IMG/VR virus record: IMGVR_UViG_3300044949_001773
Location: 67,810-131,809 of that record
Reading direction: 5' to 3' (one strand)
Source of the DNA: a virus
DNA length: 64,000 nucleotides
Of the stretch, positions 20,459-29,769 are shown piece after piece. The notes below the pieces were generated by a model. That model was not told the origin of the DNA, ran no database searches, and was given only the letters and a program-made list of their open reading frames with translations. Position numbers and translations under genes: made by a program. Position 1 is the stretch's first letter; every line of letters begins with the position of its first letter.

Positions 20459-23400
20459 ATGAGTATTAACAAAAACTTCATAGTAAAAAATGGCATTGAA
20501 GTTGCTGAAGATCTTATTTTTGCCGAAAATGGTAAAGTTGGCATAGGAACAACTGTACCGTTAAGAACTATTGAAATTGATGGCGATATATCATTTACTG
20601 GAAAAATATATGCCCCTTCGGAGAATCCATTATATTCATCTAGCGGAACGGTAAATTCAACCTTTCCAAATGCTATAATCACAAATGAAAATACTGATGA
20701 TTTTAGAGTATATGATATCCTAAATGACACTTCTGGTTATTTAGAGACAAATACTATAGTTACAGGTATTGGAAATAACAGAATTTTCATTTCTCCAAAT
20801 CATACAAGAACTTCTGGTTCCGATGCGGTCAATATTTCCATTTATAGACCAGTATCAACTGGAAGTACAAATAATGTACTAGTTTCTCAAGGTGATGAAC
20901 CGCCCGTCTGGAAGCAAATGCCAGATGCGTTTAATGTTATTGGAGGAATTGCGTCTGTAACTTCATTGCAAGTTGATGGACCTTCAAACTTACAAACAGT
21001 AACTGCTCTAGAATATCTTGGGGATGGTACTAGACTATCCGGAATTGTAACTCAAATATTAGCTGGAACTGGAATTAATATTCAAGAAACTCAAGTTCCA
21101 GGAAAAGGTCTAGTAGAAATCACTTCATATTTTCCAATTGGGAAAACAATATTTGTAACTCAAAATGGAGATGATGATAATAGTGGATTGACTGAAAGTG
21201 ATGCTAAAAAAACTATAAGAGCGGCAGCAGCGATTGCTTTTCCTGGAGATACTATAAAAGTATATCCAGGTGTCTATGTTGAAGAAAATCCAATTTATCT
21301 ATCAAAGAGAGTTGCTGTAGAAGGTACTGAACTTAGAAACTGTGTAGTAACTCCAAAATATCCAGGAAAAGACTTATTTTACGTAAATAATAGTTGTCAT
21401 ATAACTGATTTAAGTTTTATCGGTCCAGAAATGTTTAATGGGGCATCAATTGTTAGTTTGCAACCATTAACTGGAGTTGCTACTGATAGATATTTTGATG
21501 CTGCCAGAATGATCCGTTATAATTTAGATTATATAGCAAGAGAATCTGTTGGTTTTCTTACAAGTGGATTTAGTGGATTTGCTGGAGGACATAGAGAACA
21601 AGATGCCGCAAGACTTATTGATTTAAATACTAATTTTATTGCAGCAGAAGCGATAGGATTTCTCACATCGACCAATTATAAGAATCCAGTATTTCAGATA
21701 GTAGATTCTTCAGGAAATCCTACAGATCCAGTAAATTGTTCAGACGATATCAAATCCATATTGGGAGCAATTTCCGACGATCTAAAAGCGGCAAGTAATA
21801 AAAAAAGTATAGGAGCAGCAAAATCATACTTTGACGGGGATGGAGTTTTACTTCATATTACTGGAAGCGATCCAACAGGATACTCTGTTAAAGAAGCCAC
21901 AATTGCTGCTATTAATCACGCAGTAGGCATTGTAACTCACGTAATTAATAATGTATCTTATGCGGGAACAACATATAGTAATTTAACGCAAGATACTACT
22001 AGCTATTCTCCAGTTATAGTAAGCGGTGGTTGTACTAGTACAATAGAAAAAATACAAGATCTTTCTGACATTATTACAGGTGGTCTTATAAATTCCTCAA
22101 CTTTTAATACTTATATTTCCGGAATTACTACAGTATATGGAGTAAATCTTGATATCAAAGATTGTGCCGATGATGTAAAAGATATTTGGAAGTGCGTAAT
22201 TCATGATATTACAAGAGGTGGAAATTCTCGTTGCGTTGCCGCTGGAAGATCTTATTACGATGAGAATTGGAATCTAATACCTCAAATTCTAAAAAACCCT
22301 CAAGAAGTAAATCAAACAATAAAAACCTTAGATTATTCGTTCAATGTTGCTCGTTCTATTATTAACAATGTAACTTGGGGAGGATATCCAGTAGGAGTAT
22401 CAACAAATGTTACAAATGCTAATTATAATAATGTAACTGGAATAGCAACAATTACTGCTACCAATCATGGTCTTTTACAAAATGACGCCGTAAAAGTAGT
22501 AGGACTTGGTTTTACTTGCCCATCAGATGGTGGTGTTCTAACACTAACATATCCAACAGGAAGTTATGGTTATGTTTTTAATGTACACAAAGTAGTAGAT
22601 AATAATAAATTTGAAGTAATTGTTGGAAAATCCACACTACCTCATACTTATGTTTCTGGAGGAACTATTCAAAAGTATGGTAATTTTCAAAATGAGTATA
22701 CTCAGGTAAAGGATTTGGGAATGCAGATTGATCCAGATACTGGGTTCAATAATGGCATTAATGGATGCGCTAATGTAGTTTCTGCCTTAAGATCTTGCGT
22801 AGGTGTTGTAACAACCATAATTGGTTATGGCCAAACTTCAGGAATAAATGTTACATATCCAGGTAATTCTGGAATTGGTTATAATACCCTCAAAAATGTA
22901 ACAGATGCTATATACGACAATGTAACTGGAATTACTACTTTAACTGTGCCTGGTTTAATAGTCAAAAAAGATAGCATAGTAGAAGTAAGAGATTTAGTAT
23001 TTGAGTGCGAATCCGGTGGGGTCACTGCATCTCAAAAATTCCCATCAGGTAAATATGGTTACGAATTTGATGTAACTAAAGTAAATCAAGACGGATCATT
23101 TGTAATTAATACTGGCGTTTCAACTATACCTCATACTTATGTAAGTGGAGGATTTATTGTAGATCGTTCAATTGAAGTTACAAATGCCATCTATGATCAT
23201 ACTACAGGAAATACCATTATTACTGCCCCAGGAGCATATGTTAGAAAAGATGATTTTGTAACATTGTATGATTTGGAATTTTCATGCTCAAGTGGAGCGG
23301 GAACGACAACTTTATATCCTACAGGAAATCTTGGTTATTCTTTTAAAGTAATAGACATCGTAACTCCTGGACAAACTTTTATAGTAAATACTGGAAAATC

Positions 23401-24565
23401 AACAATAGTTCATACTTATGAACAAGGAGGCGTTGTTCTTCCACCATATTCTCCAGGAGTTGGTCCAATTACGCAGGGTCCTTATGTTAGGAACTGTACC
23501 AATTTCGTACCAAATTCTATTGGGATGAAAATTGATGGGTTTGATGCAGAACCAGGAGATCAAGATGATATTGGCGTAACTGGTACAATGAGTGTTGACT
23601 CATACACCCAATATAATCAAGGTGGTATTGGAGTTTCAATTACTAATGGAGCTTATGCTCAGTTAGTATCTATCTTTACTATTTGCGATGATATTGCTAT
23701 ATTTACTGGTTCTGGAGGTCAATGTGACATAACAAACTCAAACTCATCATTTGGAAGATTGGGATTGGTTGCTGATGGAGTTGGTGACGCTGAAACTAAA
23801 TCAATTTATAGATATACAGGTGTTTGTGCTCAAGAAGCCGAGCAAGAACAAGATACTATTATTATTTCCGGATTAGGAAATTTGAGACCATATGATGGTC
23901 AATCAATTTATTTTGGTCAATTATACTATTTCGTCAATACAATTGAAGTCCTCGATGGAGGATCTGGATATGTGTCTCCGCCAACAGTGATAATAGATGA
24001 ACCGACAGGACAAAATGGAATTAGAGCAGAGGCTTCGGCAAATATCCAAAATGGAAAAGTCGTTTCTATAGATCTTATCAGTACGGGAACTCAATACGAA
24101 TCTCCACCATCAATACAATTATTGGGGGGTGGAGGAAATGGGGCTTCTGCTCAAGCCACTATGACAGCAATATATTATACAATTGAAACGGCAACTCTTC
24201 CTTCTGCGGGTATATCAACAGTAGTTTTAGCACAAAATCTAAATAATACAGTTGGTGCTGGGACTACAGTTTACTTTAGTCGTTTAAGTTTACAGATTAC
24301 ATCATCACATTCATTTGAATGGGTTGGATCTGGAAATGATATTAATAAAGCAAAACCAGCTTTAGGGGGTGTTGTAAATACAGATAATGAAGTTGTTAGT
24401 TTAAATGGTGGTCAAGTTGTATATACAAGTACTGACCAAGCAGGAAACTTTAGGATTGGTGATGGTATTGTGATTAACCAAATTACCGGTACTATTACTG
24501 GAAGAGCTTTCAGTCAAAGTATCTTAAATACAGTAAATCCACTCATTGTAGCATTAGGTAACTAA
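20459..24565 (+). CDS. Tailspike/fibre protein: beta-helix with inserted phycobiliprotein-like helical domains and repeated beta modules
   Basis: IFVTQNGDDDNSG...KTIRAA...PGVYVEENPI beta-helix start; paralog of 32449..34311; nested helical inserts at 21488-22825. Confidence 0.75.
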   Translation: MSINKNFIVKNGIEVAEDLIFAENGKVGIGTTVPLRTIEIDGDISFTGKIYAPSENPLYSSSGTVNSTFPNAIITNENTDDFRVYDILNDTSGYLETNTIVTGIGNNRIFISPNHTRTSGSDAVNISIYRPVSTGSTNNVLVSQGDEPPVWKQMPDAFNVIGGIASVTSLQVDGPSNLQTVTALEYLGDGTRLSGIVTQILAGTGINIQETQVPGKGLVEITSYFPIGKTIFVTQNGDDDNSGLTESDAKKTIRAAAAIAFPGDTIKVYPGVYVEENPIYLSKRVAVEGTELRNCVVTPKYPGKDLFYVNNSCHITDLSFIGPEMFNGASIVSLQPLTGVATDRYFDAARMIRYNLDYIARESVGFLTSGFSGFAGGHREQDAARLIDLNTNFIAAEAIGFLTSTNYKNPVFQIVDSSGNPTDPVNCSDDIKSILGAISDDLKAASNKKSIGAAKSYFDGDGVLLHITGSDPTGYSVKEATIAAINHAVGIVTHVINNVSYAGTTYSNLTQDTTSYSPVIVSGGCTSTIEKIQDLSDIITGGLINSSTFNTYISGITTVYGVNLDIKDCADDVKDIWKCVIHDITRGGNSRCVAAGRSYYDENWNLIPQILKNPQEVNQTIKTLDYSFNVARSIINNVTWGGYPVGVSTNVTNANYNNVTGIATITATNHGLLQNDAVKVVGLGFTCPSDGGVLTLTYPTGSYGYVFNVHKVVDNNKFEVIVGKSTLPHTYVSGGTIQKYGNFQNEYTQVKDLGMQIDPDTGFNNGINGCANVVSALRSCVGVVTTIIGYGQTSGINVTYPGNSGIGYNTLKNVTDAIYDNVTGITTLTVPGLIVKKDSIVEVRDLVFECESGGVTASQKFPSGKYGYEFDVTKVNQDGSFVINTGVSTIPHTYVSGGFIVDRSIEVTNAIYDHTTGNTIITAPGAYVRKDDFVTLYDLEFSCSSGAGTTTLYPTGNLGYSFKVIDIVTPGQTFIVNTGKSTIVHTYEQGGVVLPPYSPGVGPITQGPYVRNCTNFVPNSIGMKIDGFDAEPGDQDDIGVTGTMSVDSYTQYNQGGIGVSITNGAYAQLVSIFTICDDIAIFTGSGGQCDITNSNSSFGRLGLVADGVGDAETKSIYRYTGVCAQEAEQEQDTIIISGLGNLRPYDGQSIYFGQLYYFVNTIEVLDGGSGYVSPPTVIIDEPTGQNGIRAEASANIQNGKVVSIDLISTGTQYESPPSIQLLGGGGNGASAQATMTAIYYTIETATLPSAGISTVVLAQNLNNTVGAGTTVYFSRLSLQITSSHSFEWVGSGNDINKAKPALGGVVNTDNEVVSLNGGQVVYTSTDQAGNFRIGDGIVINQITGTITGRAFSQSILNTVNPLIVALGN

Positions 24566-24567
24566 AA

Positions 24568-24927
24568 ATGGCACAAGTTGCACTTAATAAATTTAGAACA
24601 ATCCGTGTAGGAATTACCACTCAAATGGTAGGAATCTATACATGCCCAGTAGGTGTAGCATCTATTGTAATTCTTTCACAAGTTACTAATGTTTCTACTG
24701 GTTCTTCACTTGGCAATTATAAAGTTACTGCTGTTCATTCTAGAACATCAGAATCTCAGATTGATTTTACATTTGCCAATGATATCACTATACCGCCGAA
24801 CGATGCCTTTAATCTAATTTCCGATGGAAGATTGGCATTAGAAACTAATGATGTAATTAAAATAAAATCAAATAGTGAAGGAAAATTAGAATTGCTTTTA
24901 AGTGTCCTGGAAACCGCAAAACAGTAA
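24568..24927 (+). CDS. Small structural adaptor (paralog of 34316..34657)
   Basis: ALN.F.T...IYT.PVG...V.L.QVTN...G.L.LE..D...S.LET shared motif. Confidence 0.7.
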   Translation: MAQVALNKFRTIRVGITTQMVGIYTCPVGVASIVILSQVTNVSTGSSLGNYKVTAVHSRTSESQIDFTFANDITIPPNDAFNLISDGRLALETNDVIKIKSNSEGKLELLLSVLETAKQ

Positions 24928-24931
24928 GTAA

Positions 24932-27900
24932 ATGACTAAAAGATATAACTCAGGAAGAGTACAAAAGCTTCCTCAATCTGGAATTACTACAGACAGATAC
25001 GAATTTTTAGGGTTAGAACAGGCAGAACCCGATTTGGGCGATCCTATAGTAGGAGTATCATCTGTACAGGCTCGCCCATTTAATGGTAATATATATGAAT
25101 GGTATATTTTAGCATCTGATAATAGTGGAGCGGGAAAAAGATATTGGTTACCAAAGGACATTGTTATAGCAGAGAATGTAAGGCAAGCAGGTGCTATAAC
25201 AATTAGAAGTAATGATAATTTAATCGGAATACCTAATGGAGTATATGATTTAAATTTTAAAGGTGGTATTACTATTACTGCTCCAGGAACTGTTGCTGGA
25301 ATAGGCAATTCTGGAGTAGATATAGAAATCACTAATGTTCCAGAAGCAGAAAGATCTGAGCAAGCTGGAAATTTGGAAGGAGGAAATCCAGGATCATTGC
25401 CATATCAAGAAGCGACAAATTCTACGGTATTTTTGCCAGGTCCTGGACTGGAGAGACAAGTTTTATCATATAATCCGACAACAATTGCTCCTACTTGGAG
25501 AAACATTTTAGATTTAAAACCTATAGAAGTTGAACAAAAATTACAAGATCAAAATTATTACTTATCATACCTAGTATCTACAGGGTCAACATCAACAATT
25601 GGAATTGGACAATCTGTATTATCATTTAATCCATCAAAAATAAGATTAGGTATAGGAACAGATAATCCATCATCAACTTTAGATGTACGTGGAGATGTTA
25701 TCATCTCAGGAATATCCACTTTTGAATCAAACTCAACATTTAAAAAATCAATAATTGTCCAAGAAAATTTTAATGTAACTGGATTATCAACTTTCAATAA
25801 TAGAGTAAGCATTGGAGCCACTTTAAGTGTAACTGGCGTATCAACTTTTAGTAATAATGTAAGCATTGGAGCCACTTTAAATGTAACTGGTGTATCAACT
25901 TTTAGCAATAATGTAAGTATTAGTAAAACTGATGGTCTGTTAAATGTAAAGTCACCTGCGATTTTTACTGGAATTACAACAGTCAATACACTTACTGCTC
26001 AATCTCTTTCACCAGATGGCATTGATTATGGTACAAATTTGTACGTACCTGTGGCAAACGCAGTGGGATCTTGGACATGGCAGCCAGTATTTGATGCTGG
26101 AGCAGGAAGTATTGATGGAATTACTATATTTGAAAATGGTGCTCAAGTAGGAACAGATATAATAGCACTAGATTTCTTAAATCAAAATTATTCAATTACA
26201 CTATCGGGGTCAGTTGCAAACATAGCATTTAGCGAAACACCAAATTTTACTTCAATTACCGCAGGTTTTAGTTCAGAAGTTACACTCAATTCTACTGGAG
26301 TTAAGGTCTCTGGAATCGTAACATCAACAAAACTTGATGTTGGTTCTCTTAATGCGGATTCTTCTGGAATTAGGGTTTCTGGATTTGTTACTACTACTAA
26401 TCTAAAAGTTACAAATAATGCTACAATAGATAATAATTTAACAGTAACAGGTGATTTAACTGTTAATGGTCAAACTACCACTATTAATAGCGTTACACTT
26501 ACGGTAGATGATAAATTAATATCATTAGCATCAACCGCAACTCCTTCGGACATTGGAGCAGATGGTGGTGGTATTGAGTTAAAAGGAAATACTGATCACA
26601 CTATTTTATGGAGCAATGCTAATGATTCTTGGGACTTTAGTGAAAATTTAAATATAATTACTGGTAAAGTTTACAGAATTAATAATGCCTCTGTATTGAG
26701 CGCAACTTCTCTTGGAGCTGGAGTAACAAATTCTTCATTAACCTCCTTAGGAACAATTACTACAGGTATTTGGCAGGGTAGTCAAATCGATGACAATTAT
26801 ATTGGCACTATAAACGACAGTAATAAGGTTTCTCTAAGTGCTCTTGATATTGATGGTGCAGCAGAAACTACTTCAGTAGTTGATGCGGATTTGCTCATCA
26901 TTGACGATGGTGCTAATGGGACAAATCGTAAAGTTACTGCTTCAAATTTAAAAACTTATGTTGGTAGTAACTTATCACTTAGCGGTTCTCTTAGTGGAAA
27001 TCTCAATTTAAATGGAAATGATATAATTGGAACCTCTGGTAATATTAATATTAGTGGAAATATTAAAGCTGGCATTATAACTGCAACGACTTTTAATGGA
27101 AGTCTTAGTGGAACTGCTACGACAGCAACCGATTTGTCTAGAAGTGTCAATACTCCAGTAACAGGAGGATTGACAGGGGGTGGGCAATTAAATCAAGATT
27201 TAAGCCTTTCATTAAAAAATGCAGCATCATTATCCAATAATACTATTTTAAAATGGAATTCCACTAATGGAGAGTTAACTAATGCTTCTATAACAGACAC
27301 TGGATCCTTAGTAACTGTATCCAGTACTATAAAATTAGCAGGAATTCAAGATAGTAGTAATTCTGCAGGATCAGCAAATAATGTTCCAATTGCTAATGGT
27401 AGTGGAGGATGGTCTTGGGGAACGGTAGCCAGCTCTGGAGCTCTTACTGATATTGTTAATGATACAACACCTCAATTAGGTGGTAATCTAGATCTAAACA
27501 GTAAAAATATTAATGGAACCGGAAACATTAATATTAATGGAAACATTACCGCTGGCATTATAACAGCAACGACTTTTAATGGAAGTCTTAGTGGAACTGG
27601 AAACATTAATATTAATGGAAACATTACCGCTGGCATTATAACAGCAACTACTTTTAGTGGGAGTTTTAGTGGAACCGCAACTGGTATTGATAAGAGTGTC
27701 ATTGCCGGTAATGGATTAACCGGTGGAGGAGCATTAACTTCTGATGTTACATTAAATGTTGGTGCAGGAACTGGAATTACAGTCAATGCTGATGACATAG
27801 CTCTTAAAAATTCTTCTTCTTTAACTTCAAATCGAGCTCTTAAATGGGACGGAACTCAACTATCAAATACTAATATAACAGATAATGGTACTCAAGTATC

Positions 27901-29056
27901 AATAGCATCATCTATTAAAATTGAATATGGAATCATTGATAAAAATAACTCAGCGGGAAATAATACCTACATACCGGTTGCTGATGGTACAGGTAGTTGG
28001 CAATGGAGTCAATTATCATCCGCCGGAGGAATTTCTGGCATTTCCGTTAGAGAAGAATCCAATTCCGCATTTACAGGAATTACAGAATTAAAATTCACTG
28101 GTATTAATGTAACGGCTACTTCTTCCGGAAGTGTTGCTACTATAACAATTCCAGATACGGTTGCTTTTGCTACAACATCAACAAATTTGTCTAGAAGTGT
28201 TAATACTCCATCTGATGGTGGATTGACTGGTGGTGGACAATTGAATGCTGACTTAAATTTAAAATTAAAAAATTCGGCATCATTATCCAACAATACTATT
28301 TTAAAATGGAATTCCACTAATGGAGAGTTAACTAATGCTTCTATAACAGACACTGGATCCTTAGTAACTGTATCCAGTACTATTAAATTAGCTGGCATTC
28401 AAGATAGTGGAAACTCTACAGGATCAGCAAATAATATACCAATTGCTAATGGTAGTGGAGGATGGTCTTGGGGAGCATTAAGCTCAGCCGGAGGTATTAC
28501 TGGAATAACTGTATCTGAAGAAGGATCTGCTATTAGTGCTACTTCATTTAAAACTATTAACTTTGTGAGTGGCAATTTAACTGCTTCGGATGCTGGAAGT
28601 TTCCAAGCTAACATTACACTAACTGATAATCCAAACTTTGTAAATATAAATGCTACTGGTATAGTAACGACAACAACATTAAGATCAACTAATATAAATG
28701 CTACCGGTATAGTAACAACAACAACATTAATATCAACTAATATAAATGCTACTGGGATTATAACTGCTGGAACATATGATGTAAGTTCTGATATTAATTT
28801 AAAAGATAGTGTAGAAATTATTAAAGATCCTTTAGATAAAATTGTAAAAATTGATGGTGTTACTTTTAATTGGAAAGAAAATAACAAACCATCAATGGGT
28901 GTTATAGCTCAAAATATAGAAGAAGTATTACCCGAATTAGTAAGTTCTGGAGAAACAAAGCATGTCAATTATAATGGATTGATAGGTTTATTAATTGAAT
29001 CTATTAAAGAACTAAAATATGAGATTGAAGAATTAAAGAAGAATATAAATAATTAA
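24932..29056 (+). CDS. Tail fibre protein with C-terminal peptidase S74 intramolecular chaperone
   Basis: Ser/Thr/Gly-rich shaft with internal repeats; C-terminal SSDINLK...GVTFNWK...GVIAQNIEEVLPELV...VNYNGLIGLLIESIKEL. Confidence 0.85.
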   Translation: MTKRYNSGRVQKLPQSGITTDRYEFLGLEQAEPDLGDPIVGVSSVQARPFNGNIYEWYILASDNSGAGKRYWLPKDIVIAENVRQAGAITIRSNDNLIGIPNGVYDLNFKGGITITAPGTVAGIGNSGVDIEITNVPEAERSEQAGNLEGGNPGSLPYQEATNSTVFLPGPGLERQVLSYNPTTIAPTWRNILDLKPIEVEQKLQDQNYYLSYLVSTGSTSTIGIGQSVLSFNPSKIRLGIGTDNPSSTLDVRGDVIISGISTFESNSTFKKSIIVQENFNVTGLSTFNNRVSIGATLSVTGVSTFSNNVSIGATLNVTGVSTFSNNVSISKTDGLLNVKSPAIFTGITTVNTLTAQSLSPDGIDYGTNLYVPVANAVGSWTWQPVFDAGAGSIDGITIFENGAQVGTDIIALDFLNQNYSITLSGSVANIAFSETPNFTSITAGFSSEVTLNSTGVKVSGIVTSTKLDVGSLNADSSGIRVSGFVTTTNLKVTNNATIDNNLTVTGDLTVNGQTTTINSVTLTVDDKLISLASTATPSDIGADGGGIELKGNTDHTILWSNANDSWDFSENLNIITGKVYRINNASVLSATSLGAGVTNSSLTSLGTITTGIWQGSQIDDNYIGTINDSNKVSLSALDIDGAAETTSVVDADLLIIDDGANGTNRKVTASNLKTYVGSNLSLSGSLSGNLNLNGNDIIGTSGNINISGNIKAGIITATTFNGSLSGTATTATDLSRSVNTPVTGGLTGGGQLNQDLSLSLKNAASLSNNTILKWNSTNGELTNASITDTGSLVTVSSTIKLAGIQDSSNSAGSANNVPIANGSGGWSWGTVASSGALTDIVNDTTPQLGGNLDLNSKNINGTGNININGNITAGIITATTFNGSLSGTGNININGNITAGIITATTFSGSFSGTATGIDKSVIAGNGLTGGGALTSDVTLNVGAGTGITVNADDIALKNSSSLTSNRALKWDGTQLSNTNITDNGTQVSIASSIKIEYGIIDKNNSAGNNTYIPVADGTGSWQWSQLSSAGGISGISVREESNSAFTGITELKFTGINVTATSSGSVATITIPDTVAFATTSTNLSRSVNTPSDGGLTGGGQLNADLNLKLKNSASLSNNTILKWNSTNGELTNASITDTGSLVTVSSTIKLAGIQDSGNSTGSANNIPIANGSGGWSWGALSSAGGITGITVSEEGSAISATSFKTINFVSGNLTASDAGSFQANITLTDNPNFVNINATGIVTTTTLRSTNINATGIVTTTTLISTNINATGIITAGTYDVSSDINLKDSVEIIKDPLDKIVKIDGVTFNWKENNKPSMGVIAQNIEEVLPELVSSGETKHVNYNGLIGLLIESIKELKYEIEELKKNINN
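27133..28470 (+). repeat. Internal direct repeat (~290 nt) in the fibre gene, offset 1053 nt
   Basis: 27224-27339 is nearly identical to 28277-28392 (ASLSNNTILKWNSTNGELTNASITDTGSLVTVSSTIKLAG). Other tandem units in this gene: 60 nt at ~25790-25920, 78 nt at ~27515-27670, 48 nt at ~28640-28770. Confidence 0.85.
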
Positions 29057-29064
29057 AAACCACA

Positions 29065-29403
29065 ATGGCAGTTCCGGCAATTAACATTACTATTGAAAAG
29101 GGGACTTATTTTGAAAATACTTTTTATATCAATACTGAAGATGAAACATCTTATGATTTATTAGATTATTCTGCAATTGCTAAGATCAGAAAGCACCCTG
29201 GCTCTTCTGTATTTCATTCATTTAATGTTCATATGGAGCCAGAAATAGGTCTAATTAGATTAATTATGCTACCATCAGTCTCTTCATTATTAAGTGAAGG
29301 TAGAAATTACTATGATATAGTTTTGACATATACTCCAGATCCGGTCTACAAAATAAAAGTGATTGAAGGAACTGCTATGGTTATTCCATCAATTTCAGTA
29401 TAA
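29065..29403 (+). CDS. Small virion structural protein (Ig-like fibre connector)
   Basis: NITIEKGT.F...KIRKHP...GRNYYDIVLT...KVIEG motif common in phage fibre connectors; late promoter at 29044. Confidence 0.6.
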   Translation: MAVPAINITIEKGTYFENTFYINTEDETSYDLLDYSAIAKIRKHPGSSVFHSFNVHMEPEIGLIRLIMLPSVSSLLSEGRNYYDIVLTYTPDPVYKIKVIEGTAMVIPSISV

Positions 29404-29744
29404 TGTCAGATTTAAAAAAAGGACTAGAATACAAAGTAAAATTGGGGAAACCAAAGACATTTAAAGTTGTTTCGGAAAGAACCATGCCATCAAATTACTT
29501 TCACGAATTATATGATATTGATATCAATAATATAACAAGAGAAAGTAATGATGTAAATCAGAATCAATTTGTCATCATGTATGACAGTTCAAATAATAAA
29601 TTCAAATTAGTTGATCCAGATAATGTTTTAGTAGCAGCAGCTTCTACTACAGGAGCTTCTGCAAATGGCACTGAAAGTGGATTACCTGATCAATTCGTAA
29701 CATCAGTTGAAGATAGTATTGATATTGATGGTGGATATTTTTGA
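29403..29744 (+). CDS. Small structural protein ending in DGGYF
   Basis: 113 aa, coupled (TAATG) to the previous gene. Confidence 0.6.
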   Translation: MSDLKKGLEYKVKLGKPKTFKVVSERTMPSNYFHELYDIDINNITRESNDVNQNQFVIMYDSSNNKFKLVDPDNVLVAAASTTGASANGTESGLPDQFVTSVEDSIDIDGGYF

Positions 29745-29769
29745 GTAATAAAAATTAACGAGTAGAAAA

